Source: a virus. Taken from it: DNA of 64,000 nt. Position numbers and translations under genes: made by a program. The notes below the pieces were generated by a model. It saw only the letters and a program-made list of their open reading frames with translations. It did no database searches and was not told the DNA's origin. Location of the stretch: UHGV virus genome UHGV-0087418, one strand, 5' to 3'. Shown in pieces: positions 49,120 through 58,594 of the stretch (position 1 is its first letter; each line of letters begins with the position of its first letter).

Positions 49120-50142
49120 CTAGTTTAGTGCATTTAGTGCATTGTTCAGTTTAGAACGTTGCTTCGTAAGATTTTTGACTTTTTCTTGAGCTTTTTCTAG
49201 CATCTTTTCAGCTTCTAACACTTCATTAGTTGCTTTAACGAGTTCATCATCTACTGCCTTGATAGACTTCTCAATCGCATCCGCATGCCATTTTTCAACA
49301 GGTTTAAGACTCGGATTTTCAACAGGAAGAAAATTCACTTTATTGAATTTCCATGCATCTTTATTACTTGAACTATACATCCAAAATTTAGGATCGTTTG
49401 ATGAGTAATTGGATAAATTTAAGTTATCTTGCACTTCCTGCTTTTTCTCTTGTGGGACTTCGTCCTTTCTCAAAAAATCGTATTTAAATGAAACGATCAT
49501 ATCAAGTTCATACGTTGTTGTATGTTCCCAATTTCGCTCAAAATGAGGTAAAATCTTAGACTGAACAGCGGCAACAACATCCATATACTTAAATGCTTCT
49601 GTCAACTGTGATTTAAGGCATTCGCAAATTGAAAGAGAATTTTTTGTATTAGGTTTAAAGCTAATTCGCGCAGTTCTGTTATTTTCTTTTAATGGTCTTA
49701 CTTCCATCTGAAGAGTATAACCATCAAATTTCAGATTCTTTAAGTTAATATCAGAACCTTTTAATCGACTCGCAATTGATAAAATTTGTTTTAATTGTTT
49801 ACGGAATAGAGCAATAAATCTCCATTCAATACGATAATGATTTGGATTGAAAAATCCAGATGATAAATCGACCTTACTTTGACCAACGCCTTGAACAAAT
49901 AGAGGATTTTTATAATCAATAGTTTTACAGAAATCGGTGAGCTGCTCACGAGCAGTCATTTGTGTAATATATCCTGCTTGGTTAAAATTGCGCACCCATT
50001 CACTGCTGTTCAGATGTTTAAAGGCATGAATGGAACAATTAACTTTACCAAGGTCTAAATTATTTTCACACAAAAACGTCATAGCATCACGAGTATAGCT
50101 GGCATTACGAACCATATCTTCAATTTGAGAACGAGTTTTCAT
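49120..50142 (-). CDS. hypothetical protein, paralogue array member 3
   Basis: 340 aa; C-terminal coiled coil ...EAEKMLEKAQEKVKNLTKQRSKLNNALNALN. Confidence 0.5.
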   Translation of the reverse strand: MKTRSQIEDMVRNASYTRDAMTFLCENNLDLGKVNCSIHAFKHLNSSEWVRNFNQAGYITQMTAREQLTDFCKTIDYKNPLFVQGVGQSKVDLSSGFFNPNHYRIEWRFIALFRKQLKQILSIASRLKGSDINLKNLKFDGYTLQMEVRPLKENNRTARISFKPNTKNSLSICECLKSQLTEAFKYMDVVAAVQSKILPHFERNWEHTTTYELDMIVSFKYDFLRKDEVPQEKKQEVQDNLNLSNYSSNDPKFWMYSSSNKDAWKFNKVNFLPVENPSLKPVEKWHADAIEKSIKAVDDELVKATNEVLEAEKMLEKAQEKVKNLTKQRSKLNNALNALN

Positions 50143-50150
50143 GGTGTTCC

Positions 50151-51062
50151 TTAAGATTTAAGTAAATCGACAATTTTAATTAACTTTTCACGCTCAGATT
50201 TAGCTTTACTACTCAGTCCAGATAGTCTGAAAATTTCATCATCATATTGTTGAATAGAAATATTCAGCTCTTCAATTTGCTTATTAAAATAATCAATTTG
50301 TTCAGAATGTTTTTCGTTACTACGAACTGGTACAGGTTTCGTAGGCAATGTAGTTGAACTGGATTCATCCGGGCGGTAAATTAAAATACAACTTGAACCA
50401 ATAGGGCATTTTGCACCAGATGAATATTCTAATGTTCCAGATTCTTTTAAAACTTCAAAAGCTAAACAGAGATGATGCCCCATATTAATATAATCTGTAG
50501 AGCGAGCTCTGATGTAATAATCATCGCCACGAATACTAAATTTAAAGCATTTAAGGTCTTCTGTATTATTGGTCTTAAAAATCATTTGTTTATCTAGACC
50601 TTTAGCTAATCGAGCGCCCAATGCTAATAATCGTCGTTGATTTTCCCACAAATCCGCAATCATTTGATCGAATGATAATTTCGGCATTAGTCGACCGTAA
50701 AGGTCATATCCTTTATTATAATTACGAAGGATTTCATTCGCGTTAATACGAGACAATGCTCCAATTTTATTAAGAGCTTTCATAATGCGATTAGATAAAC
50801 TCATTCCAGATCCGTTTGTTCGCTGCAAATGTTTTTCTAATCCAAATCCAATATCAACTTTAAACTTATCTAAAATTTCTGCATGAACATCTCTGTCAAT
50901 AACATTCAAATCCAAAGTTGAGTTAAATCTATGAAAAAATTTATCTGGCTCTGCACTGCGAAATACAGTCCATTCATTCATCATTTTTTTATTAACTAAA
51001 GATTTAATTACTGCATTGACATTATTAATTACTACTGACATATTTTCCTCACTCAATTTCAA
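50151..51062 (-). CDS. hypothetical protein, paralogue array member 4
   Basis: 303 aa; C-terminal coiled coil ...IFRLSGLSSKAKSEREKLIKIVDLLKS. Confidence 0.5.
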   Translation of the reverse strand: MKLSEENMSVVINNVNAVIKSLVNKKMMNEWTVFRSAEPDKFFHRFNSTLDLNVIDRDVHAEILDKFKVDIGFGLEKHLQRTNGSGMSLSNRIMKALNKIGALSRINANEILRNYNKGYDLYGRLMPKLSFDQMIADLWENQRRLLALGARLAKGLDKQMIFKTNNTEDLKCFKFSIRGDDYYIRARSTDYINMGHHLCLAFEVLKESGTLEYSSGAKCPIGSSCILIYRPDESSSTTLPTKPVPVRSNEKHSEQIDYFNKQIEELNISIQQYDDEIFRLSGLSSKAKSEREKLIKIVDLLKS

Positions 51063-51456
51063 TTTTACTAAATATACAGAATAAGATGGAACAGACTATA
51101 TAAGCACCACACACAGATTGAACTAATACCATTCCAAAGAACCAAACAATATTATCAAACAATGTCTGTTTTACGTCGAAAGGACGTAAACTTACAGTAA
51201 TATTATCACCTTTTTCTATTGAAGAATACATCTCTGGGGAAATATATTCACTAAATCTATAACCGTCTTTTAGTTCATATACGGCAATAAACGATAAACT
51301 AGACCCTTTTCCTTGTGTTCCTGTAATGGTATTAACTACAGTAACATCATAATCTTTATAATGCATATAATCATTAATTGCGTAATAACCATATGCAATT
51401 ACTACACATAAACAACATATCAATAAATTCAATCTTTTAATTATCAACTGTTTCAT
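51049..51456 (-). CDS. membrane protein (two transmembrane segments)
   Basis: 135 aa; hydrophobic N- and C-terminal segments. Confidence 0.45.
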   Translation of the reverse strand: MKQLIIKRLNLLICCLCVVIAYGYYAINDYMHYKDYDVTVVNTITGTQGKGSSLSFIAVYELKDGYRFSEYISPEMYSSIEKGDNITVSLRPFDVKQTLFDNIVWFFGMVLVQSVCGAYIVCSILFCIFSKIEIE

Positions 51457-51511
51457 AATAATCTCAATTAAAAGGGCTTAGAACCATTATACCATCCTTG
51501 GTATAAAGCGG

Positions 51512-52039
51512 TTATGCGAGTACCGTCTTTAACCGTTCTTCAAACTTCCGAAGAGTATTTTGGCGTTCAGCTCTTTGCTTTTTGTAAGTTTCAATACGCT
51601 CTGAAATGAGAGTGTATCGTTCATTTACTGATTCTTTCATAAAATCAGGAATTTCACGAGAAGCTTTAATCTCGTCAAATTTATCAATAACAGCTTGCTC
51701 TTCAGCAATTAAGTTATCATACATTAAAATATCTTTCTTGATGAACTCAATATCTTCTTGAGTTACACGAGATAATTTAGATGCTTTATCCTTTTTGTAC
51801 TGTTTGTTAGTATCACGAGACCAGTGTAATGTACGATTTTTATTCGTATTTTTGTAAATTTCTACAATACCGATCTCATCAATAATAACAATCCAATTCC
51901 AACGTGATTTGTAAATTTGTCCTCCATCAACAGTGATTTCACCTCCGATTGAGATGTCATTAAAGAACTTGCTTTGTGCTTCAGATTTAAATTTACCATC
52001 GTTATAATTTACTAAGTTGAAAATATCTTTAGCGTTCAT
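51512..52039 (-). CDS. hypothetical protein
   Basis: 175-aa ORF, charged C-terminal half. Confidence 0.4.
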   Translation of the reverse strand: MNAKDIFNLVNYNDGKFKSEAQSKFFNDISIGGEITVDGGQIYKSRWNWIVIIDEIGIVEIYKNTNKNRTLHWSRDTNKQYKKDKASKLSRVTQEDIEFIKKDILMYDNLIAEEQAVIDKFDEIKASREIPDFMKESVNERYTLISERIETYKKQRAERQNTLRKFEERLKTVLA

Positions 52040-52099
52040 TTTCTGTTCCTCCGTAGTTGATAGGGTAATAATACCACAGAGGAACAGTCTTGTAAACCA

Positions 52100-52414
52100 C
52101 TAAAAGAAACTTCTTTCACAATTTTTTCCACTGAACCATGCACTTACCGCTTTCTTGGTCTCAGGAGCAGTGTTATCCATAAACCATTCAAAGGCAGCCT
52201 TTTTATGATTCTGGAGGGCTTCTCGGGCTTTAATCTGCTCACGGTCTATTAACACTAACATATGAGCCTTTCTTGTCACCATGGGCTTCTTATGATTTTT
52301 TGAATACTCCCAGTCATTTGTCCATCGCATTGTTGTTGCGAACTGAAATACTGCTTCTTTAATTTTAGTTTCGTAAATTTCACGAGCCTTTGAGTATAAC
52401 ATCACTACCTCCAT
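52100..52414 (-). CDS. hypothetical protein
   Basis: 104-aa ORF. Confidence 0.4.
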   Translation of the reverse strand: MEVVMLYSKAREIYETKIKEAVFQFATTMRWTNDWEYSKNHKKPMVTRKAHMLVLIDREQIKAREALQNHKKAAFEWFMDNTAPETKKAVSAWFSGKNCERSFF

Positions 52415-52503
52415 TCACCAGTTTAATTCTAGTCATCTTTTTAATGGCAGTCCATATAATCTATTTCTGAACTGCCTTTTTGTCATAGAAGTCCTCTTAT
52501 GAA

Positions 52504-53490
52504 TTATTTCAGAAGAGTAACCTCAGCGATTTCTTCCCAACCGTTTTTGTCGGTCATAATAAAGTCAGCAAGATAAAGAGCAGTACGCAGTGAAACATTG
52601 CGTAAACGGTTAACATTAACTTTCATCCATGATAATGCTTTATAAGTTTCTTCATCAGAAAGACCACGCTTTTGCATCATGTCAGTTGAAAGAATAACAT
52701 CTTCAACCCTGACCATAATTTCTTCATTAGTATGAACACCCAAATCCAAATAAACTGAGCGGGACACTAATGCTTGTAAATGTGGAGCAAGTTTAGTACC
52801 ACGGTCTAATTCGCGGTCAATGTCAACGTTTGTGATAAAAACAATCGTTCCTTTAAATTCAAACTCACGCTCAATGCCTTTTTCTTCTAAGTAAGAAGAC
52901 GCAGTGCTCCAGCAGACTTTACGGGTCTCTCCAGTGTCCAGAGCGGCTTTTAGAAGATTAAGAATATCCATATCAGAGAAAACATCCACATCATCAATCA
53001 AAAGGACAGAATTCTCTTCACGATTATTCCAAAGCTGCTCATAAAGACCAATACCAGAGATTTTACCATTAATGCTTTTATATTCAATGTATCCAATATC
53101 ATTTGCTTTATTCAAAGCTTTATCTAAAGAATACGTTTTACCAATACCTGCTGCACCAGAGATAATCAATGAACGAATATTTCCATTAATAATACCATTC
53201 GTCATCATTCCCATAACATTAAATCTTTTATTAATGCGGGTTTTCATATCTTCATACGATTCTTTAACTTCTTCAACTTTTACACCATCATATGAAATAT
53301 CTGATTTGTAAACCCAAACACCGCGACGTTTACCGTCAATTTCAACAAAAACTTTACCATCTCCTTGTGCATCTACCGGAGCATTATCTGGGAACCATTC
53401 GCCTAAGAGCTCAAAAGTTCCAGAGATTTCTTTACCGAAGTAGATACCCTTATTGATAGTTACAGTTTTCATTTTATTCTCCAATTTCAC
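52504..53490 (-). CDS. P-loop NTPase (AAA-like ATPase)
   Basis: 328 aa; Walker A ISGAAGIGKT, Walker B VLLIDDVD, sensor-like FITN; N-terminal domain of about 100 aa with unknown fold. Confidence 0.55.
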   Translation of the reverse strand: MKLENKMKTVTINKGIYFGKEISGTFELLGEWFPDNAPVDAQGDGKVFVEIDGKRRGVWVYKSDISYDGVKVEEVKESYEDMKTRINKRFNVMGMMTNGIINGNIRSLIISGAAGIGKTYSLDKALNKANDIGYIEYKSINGKISGIGLYEQLWNNREENSVLLIDDVDVFSDMDILNLLKAALDTGETRKVCWSTASSYLEEKGIEREFEFKGTIVFITNVDIDRELDRGTKLAPHLQALVSRSVYLDLGVHTNEEIMVRVEDVILSTDMMQKRGLSDEETYKALSWMKVNVNRLRNVSLRTALYLADFIMTDKNGWEEIAEVTLLK

Positions 53491-53541
53491 ATTTGTTTTG
53501 ATAGGGTAATAGTATCACACTACTACCCTACTGTAAACAAT

Positions 53542-53805
53542 TTATTTTAGTGTTTGCCAAATTTTTACTGCTTCGCGACGAGATACTTCTACAGCTCCAA
53601 GTTCTACGGCTTTTTGACGTCGGCGAGCATGTAAGTCATAATGTTTAATGCGTTTATCTTGAAACCAAGAACGTTTCATTCCTATTGCTTCTGCCATTTT
53701 ATGAAGCTCTTCAATATCTCCATCAGTGAACATATGACAATTTTTAGTTGGATGGCCGCGAAGTTTCCATCCATGATTCATTAAAACATCTACGTAAACT
53801 GTCAT
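53542..53805 (-). CDS. hypothetical protein (resembles the DUF4031 family from memory)
   Basis: 87 aa, MTVYVDVLMNHGWKLRGHPTKNCHMFTDGDIEELHKMAEAIGMKRSWFQ...; family assignment is recall only. Confidence 0.4.
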   Translation of the reverse strand: MTVYVDVLMNHGWKLRGHPTKNCHMFTDGDIEELHKMAEAIGMKRSWFQDKRIKHYDLHARRRQKAVELGAVEVSRREAVKIWQTLK

Positions 53806-53951
53806 TGATTCTGCTCCAAATATGTTTCTATAATTTTCTGAGCGAGATAAACTGCGTTATCTTCAGTTGCATCTTCTAAGAAATTTTCAAAATAAACTGA
53901 AATTTCTTCTGTGTCAATCAACTTTTTTACTTCAATTAACGTAGTTTTCAT
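53802..53951 (-). CDS. small hypothetical protein (49 aa)
   Basis: True start ATG 53949-53951 (MKTTLIEVKKLIDTEEISVYFENF...); the ORF-track extension translates the promoter/leader cassette. Confidence 0.4.
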   Translation of the reverse strand: MKTTLIEVKKLIDTEEISVYFENFLEDATEDNAVYLAQKIIETYLEQNQ

Positions 53952-53959
53952 TTTATTCC

Positions 53960-54014
53960 CCAAATCCGTATCAGTTGATAGTTGTATAGTACCATAAAGC
54001 TTTATGCTTGTAAA
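53960..54014 (-). promoter_or_regulatory. Early-promoter/leader cassette, copy B (GTTTAC-N17-TACTAT plus conserved leader)
   Basis: Plus 'gtaaac' at 54009-54014 and 'atagta' at 53986-53991; 35-nt leader identical to 25562-25596. Confidence 0.5.
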
Positions 54015-54037
54015 CCGTTTTGTGAAAAAATTTTGAA

Positions 54038-54057
54038 ATAAAAAAAAGGGAGCCCGA
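54038..54057 (-). terminator. Strong intrinsic terminator (UUCG tetraloop, U8 tail)
   Basis: gggagcc-cgaa-ggctccc followed by T8 on the minus strand; ends the nucleotidyltransferase operon. Confidence 0.7.
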
Positions 54058-54067
54058 AGGCTCCCTA

Positions 54068-55081
54068 TCATTTATAATAACTTCGATGGTTTTCAAGATA
54101 AACCCTCTCAAGGAAGTCATCCCAGAAACCCATGTCTACTTTTTGCTGCATACCGTTCTTAGAAGCTTCAATGGAAGCTGCTTCTACTTGATCGACTACA
54201 TCTTCCAAAAACTCTTGAACAGTTTTAAATGGATGTTTACCCAACTTCACGTCGAGAATAAATGGAGCATCTTGAAGTGGATAGACTAAGTCACCAGTTT
54301 TGTAAATTTCCAATAGTTGGAGTCCACCACGGCAAGCATGACTCAGAGCTTTCCAGTCAATGCCCTCATTAGCTTCGGCCTTACGAGCGCGTTCGCCGTA
54401 TTCAGCATCAAGTTTATTCAAAGATTGCTTAAGCTCGATAAGAGAAAGCGTTGTTTGATATTTACGACCCAACACGGTGTAGAACGTTTGTGGTCCTGTT
54501 TTCTCATGATTATGGAATACCCATTCACAGAATTCGTTCTCTGGAAGACGATGCTTAATATCTTCAACTTTAGTTCGACGCTGCTTAATGGAACCGTCTT
54601 CTTGGTAATCAACCCATTGCTCAGGGATTTGATTAACTACTTTCAATACATCACGTAATGCGGCCAAACGAGAACCCTTGACACCATATTTAGAAGCTTG
54701 CTTGCGAACATATCCTAAATAGGATTTCATGTTAGTCGTATAAAAACGAGAACGATTGTCTTGAATAAACTTCCATACATCAGGCAAATCAGATTTAACT
54801 ACCAGTTCAGGTGGAGTATGGAGCATATCCAATGCTACAGTTTCACCATCTGCTGCTAATTTAAAGAAATACTTAAGACTGTATAGTTCATGGTCAATAT
54901 CATCTTTAGTGTTTTTAAATGATGTGTTGTTAGTGTTTTTACTCATATGCTCTTTAACATTTCCGATAAGAATATCGCGAGCAGGAGGAACAAAGATTTC
55001 TTTAAAATCTACATCAGATTCTGGAGTAGAAGTTCCATAAAGATGACTACCAAAATAGCTTTTCATTACTGTTTTCATCAT
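54068..55081 (-). CDS. putative nucleotidyltransferase (Pol-beta superfamily minimal NTase motif)
   Basis: 337 aa; N-terminal GSHLYGTSTPESDVDF (GS...[DE]h[DE] signature) and downstream acidic DIDHE; remainder alpha-helical and unassigned. Confidence 0.5.
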   Translation of the reverse strand: MMKTVMKSYFGSHLYGTSTPESDVDFKEIFVPPARDILIGNVKEHMSKNTNNTSFKNTKDDIDHELYSLKYFFKLAADGETVALDMLHTPPELVVKSDLPDVWKFIQDNRSRFYTTNMKSYLGYVRKQASKYGVKGSRLAALRDVLKVVNQIPEQWVDYQEDGSIKQRRTKVEDIKHRLPENEFCEWVFHNHEKTGPQTFYTVLGRKYQTTLSLIELKQSLNKLDAEYGERARKAEANEGIDWKALSHACRGGLQLLEIYKTGDLVYPLQDAPFILDVKLGKHPFKTVQEFLEDVVDQVEAASIEASKNGMQQKVDMGFWDDFLERVYLENHRSYYK

Positions 55082-55539
55082 TCAGCCTTATATTCAATAA
55101 CAGGACACACTTTAGCTTTACGCGCTTTTAAAAATTCGACGATAATAGATTTCTTGGGTTGAATAGGAGGTAAACCTTTATACGCCCTATCAATATTTTC
55201 TACATGTAAAGCATAATCCTTTTTCCATTTATAATCTTTATATTTTTCATGTAGTTGTGCAGGAATAACAAATGAACCAATAATAAGTAAAACAAGCAAA
55301 ATGGCAAGTATAAATGCTGATGGAATAAGAGTCCATAAACTACCAAAAATAAGCCATTTCTGTATGATTTCTGCACAGATAATAGTTAGACCTGCGAGTA
55401 TAGTACATCCGAAAAAAGAAACGAAAAATGTAGGGATAACAATAGACCAAAAATATGCACAAAGTGTCTTAGGTCGTTTCCATTCGTCGTTAAACATTTT
55501 GAATAATTTATAATGCCAAGAGTTTTCATTAATAATCAT
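55078..55539 (-). CDS. membrane protein (3-4 transmembrane segments)
   Basis: 153 aa; ATGA overlap with the nucleotidyltransferase gene. Confidence 0.45.
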   Translation of the reverse strand: MIINENSWHYKLFKMFNDEWKRPKTLCAYFWSIVIPTFFVSFFGCTILAGLTIICAEIIQKWLIFGSLWTLIPSAFILAILLVLLIIGSFVIPAQLHEKYKDYKWKKDYALHVENIDRAYKGLPPIQPKKSIIVEFLKARKAKVCPVIEYKAE

Positions 55540-55541
55540 AA

Positions 55542-56063
55542 TTATCCTTTCATTGAAGGTGTAACAGTTGTTAAATACTTAATCATAGCTTCAGCTTCTA
55601 ATTTTGATAATGAAATTTCTCCATTGTTTTGACGAATAGAAATAAAATCCGGATGACGGTCACCACCAGCTTTTAAAACACACATATAAGTATCAGTTTC
55701 ATCTTCAATATTTGAAATGATTGAAGCAGTTCCACATGAATGTGGTTTTTGATAAATCAATACAGCTTTTCTTCCACCGTTTGACTGTTCATAAACTTTT
55801 AATACATCAAACAAATCACTTCTTTTATCAATAGCTAAGATGTTGTTTTCATCTTCAATGTTAAATCCTTCGGATACTTCATAAAGTGTCACCCATAAAT
55901 CGCCAATATCAATAACAGCGTTCACTTTTCCATGACTTTCAAGAGCATGACAAATTTTCTTGATTTCATCATAACTCATTTTAATAATATCATCTCCTTG
56001 AATAAGAAAGATGTCATTTTTAAATTCAACACGAATTAAACCGCTTTCACTTGAAATAAACAT
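55542..56063 (-). CDS. hypothetical protein, paralogue of the next gene
   Basis: 173 aa; C-terminal LSKLEAEAMIKYLTTVTPSM resembles FTKDEAIALKTYLDSVIPTM of ORF 56070-56636. Confidence 0.45.
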   Translation of the reverse strand: MFISSESGLIRVEFKNDIFLIQGDDIIKMSYDEIKKICHALESHGKVNAVIDIGDLWVTLYEVSEGFNIEDENNILAIDKRSDLFDVLKVYEQSNGGRKAVLIYQKPHSCGTASIISNIEDETDTYMCVLKAGGDRHPDFISIRQNNGEISLSKLEAEAMIKYLTTVTPSMKG

Positions 56064-56069
56064 ATTTCC

Positions 56070-56636
56070 TCACTTTGAAATCATAGTTGGAATGACAGAA
56101 TCAAGATAAGTCTTTAGCGCAATAGCTTCGTCTTTGGTAAATGTGACAATATGTGATCGAAAATCATCAATTTGACGAATAGTTAAGACATCTCCATCTT
56201 CATAACATTTTGATAAATTTAAAACAGTTTCATCATTTTGATCGCACTGATCGCAAGCGTTAGTAATAATAGCATTGCAATTTTTGAGCCATTTTAAACT
56301 ATGTTTTCTTTCATTAGAATAATAAAAATATTTAATCTTATCTATAAAACTATCCCAATGGATAACTGATAAACACATTGACTCACTTTTAATATTAAAT
56401 CCTGGGCATGAAGAATAAAAATGAATTTTGTGCTCATCATTGATGCTTACTATTTTATCGGTATAAGGATATTCAATTTGGGTTAAATGAATGATTTCAC
56501 TAGGCGTAAAATATAGCATATCGTCTTCTTGTGTCAAACGATACATATTATTTACTTTTTCTATAGCTAATTCACCAAAAAGCAGACTAACTTCTAATAC
56601 TAATCGTTTCATATTGATTCTCTTCGACTCACTCAC
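56070..56636 (-). CDS. hypothetical protein, paralogue of the previous gene
   Basis: 188 aa; shared C-terminal motif; CDQCDQ cysteine pair. Confidence 0.45.
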   Translation of the reverse strand: MSESKRINMKRLVLEVSLLFGELAIEKVNNMYRLTQEDDMLYFTPSEIIHLTQIEYPYTDKIVSINDEHKIHFYSSCPGFNIKSESMCLSVIHWDSFIDKIKYFYYSNERKHSLKWLKNCNAIITNACDQCDQNDETVLNLSKCYEDGDVLTIRQIDDFRSHIVTFTKDEAIALKTYLDSVIPTMISK

Positions 56637-56966
56637 AATTACATACTCCTTTGAATAATATCAATAATGTTGTTCACCAGATTATAAGTAAACATTGGAT
56701 AATTATATTGAATCATCACATACGCAACAAACAAAACTTTCATTCTCTTCTCCTTGGCAGTTAACAAGATTACTATATCATAACCTTGCCAACTTGTAAA
56801 CCATTAAATGACGTTTTCAATAAAATTCTGAAGCTTTGTGTGAGCATCAACCATGATTTTCATTTCTTCCTTTGCGAAAGCTGTACCTCTTTCCCTAGCA
56901 GAATACTCATAGTCAGAAACTGCATTAGCATATTCTTCAATTAGCTTCATTAAAAACATCTGCTTT

Positions 56967-57161
56967 TCAGTTTTCATTATTCCACCTAATCATTTCAAGA
57001 TATTGAACTAACTTAGCTTTGGATTTATCCAAATCCTTTTTAGCTGCTTCTATACCATCGTATGAGTATCCTTCACAATGCTCAACTGCTAATTGGTATG
57101 AATCTATTTCAATATCACGTGCTAATTTAATGATTTTTTCAAACTGTTCACTTGTCAGCAT
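56967..57161 (-). CDS. hypothetical protein
   Basis: 64-aa ORF. Confidence 0.35.
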   Translation of the reverse strand: MLTSEQFEKIIKLARDIEIDSYQLAVEHCEGYSYDGIEAAKKDLDKSKAKLVQYLEMIRWNNEN

Positions 57162-57163
57162 AC

Positions 57164-57403
57164 TTAAACTCTCGTATTATGATCGATAATTTCATCAAGA
57201 AACATATCTAAAGCTTCTACAGCATTATCAACTTTAGCTTCAAATTTTTCAATACCTTTATTTGCAATGCCTGCCGAAAACCAAGCAAAGTCACTAAGTT
57301 CCTCATCTGCTTTGCGAATTAAAGCTACCAATTCTTTAATTTTATCTGCTTGTTCAATTCTAGTCATTATTCCACCACATATGAAAGAGAGAATATTGCA
57401 CAC
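57164..57403 (-). CDS. hypothetical protein
   Basis: 79-aa ORF. Confidence 0.35.
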   Translation of the reverse strand: MCNILSFICGGIMTRIEQADKIKELVALIRKADEELSDFAWFSAGIANKGIEKFEAKVDNAVEALDMFLDEIIDHNTRV

Positions 57404-57600
57404 GCCATATGAGTTGCAGCTTCATCACACATATCATAACGTTTCTTAAGAAGTTCTACAAGTTCTTCACTAGTAACTTCATCCATGTCGACGAAAAAAT
57501 CACCATTAATGATGACGTAGATATTTCCTTCTTGATTGAGTGCTTCAATTTTCATGATGTTCTCCTCTTTATCCGATGGTTGTATAGTATCACAGCTCAA
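57367..57600 (-). CDS. hypothetical protein
   Basis: 77-aa ORF. Confidence 0.35.
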   Translation of the reverse strand: MSCDTIQPSDKEENIMKIEALNQEGNIYVIINGDFFVDMDEVTSEELVELLKKRYDMCDEAATHMACAIFSLSYVVE

Positions 57601-57629
57601 ATTGAAAGTAAACTGGTAAAATGAAAAAA

Positions 57630-57645
57630 GTCTCCCGAAGGAGAC
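57630..57645 (-). terminator. Intrinsic terminator with UUCG tetraloop
   Basis: gtctcc-cgaa-ggagac followed by T6 on the minus strand; the flanking ggtaaaatgaaaaaag plus GTTTAC -35 repeats the arrangement at 15417-15456. Confidence 0.6.
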
Positions 57646-57650
57646 TAATG

Positions 57651-58037
57651 TTATTCGAGGGAAAGAAGATATTTGCTCTGGTAAAACATCCCAGTAATAT
57701 CATCTATCGTGCTTTGAATGGCTGGAGGCATTTCTTTATAAATGCTGTTAGATTGGTCTAGTATGCGATCAATCATTTTAATTGTGTCGGTAGGAAGTTT
57801 ACTGGCATCTGGAATTGAAGGCGTGTATTTTCTACCAGAATACCCTAAATATTGCTCACCAAATTTATCAATCAAATCTGGCAATTCAGAGAAAATAAAA
57901 TCGTATGCTTTGTGTCTAGCATAACTTTTAGTTTCAAAATGCGCAGAATGAAAATAAGCTTGTGCAGCCATTAATAAACCTAAGTATTCATCTGCCTTTG
58001 AAGGTTTTCCACTTTGTGAAAAGTCGCTGAATTTCAT
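57651..58037 (-). CDS. hypothetical protein (rI.-1-like position)
   Basis: 128-aa ORF immediately upstream of rI. Confidence 0.4.
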   Translation of the reverse strand: MKFSDFSQSGKPSKADEYLGLLMAAQAYFHSAHFETKSYARHKAYDFIFSELPDLIDKFGEQYLGYSGRKYTPSIPDASKLPTDTIKMIDRILDQSNSIYKEMPPAIQSTIDDITGMFYQSKYLLSLE

Positions 58038-58327
58038 TCAGTCTCCAATTTAATGTTCATAATTCTAGCGTATGATTGTGCCATCTCCGCGCCTCGTTCT
58101 ATACATTCAAAATCGGAAGAGCACGGGTCATTTTTATAGGTCGTTCGCATAAAACTATAGAACTGTTCAGATGATTCTACGCTTTTATTTTCAAAAAGCA
58201 TATAAACGTGTCTAATACCAGATTCCATAAATTTATCAAAATGAGGATCGACATTCGCTTCAATTGGTGGAGATAAAGCAAACGCTAATCCTAGCATGGC
58301 AAATAGTGCCGTTGCTTTTAAGGCCAT
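58034..58327 (-). CDS. rI: lysis-inhibition regulator RI (antiholin)
   Basis: 97 aa, MALKATALFAMLGLAFALSPPIEANVDPHFDKFMESG...; signal-anchor plus periplasmic domain. Confidence 0.8.
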   Translation of the reverse strand: MALKATALFAMLGLAFALSPPIEANVDPHFDKFMESGIRHVYMLFENKSVESSEQFYSFMRTTYKNDPCSSDFECIERGAEMAQSYARIMNIKLETE

Positions 58328-58339
58328 AAAGGCCTCCTA

Positions 58340-58552
58340 TCATTTTTGTCCTGTATTTACTTTATGCCGATGCACGGCCTTAACTTTATCAAGGTATTTT
58401 TCAAAATTTCGCAATCTAGTATAGTCTGCCGGAGATTGGTTGAGTGATACTTCTCGACGCAAAGCTGAAATGATATTTCCAGCTTCCCTACGAATTTCAT
58501 CTAATTGAAGAACAGTAAGATTGCGAAGTTGCTTTTCAGTTAATTGTAGCAT
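58340..58552 (-). CDS. hypothetical protein
   Basis: 70-aa ORF between rI and tk. Confidence 0.4.
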   Translation of the reverse strand: MLQLTEKQLRNLTVLQLDEIRREAGNIISALRREVSLNQSPADYTRLRNFEKYLDKVKAVHRHKVNTGQK

Positions 58553-58594
58553 ATATACCCCTTTAGTTAGATAAACCTATTTATAACTTTTGCA

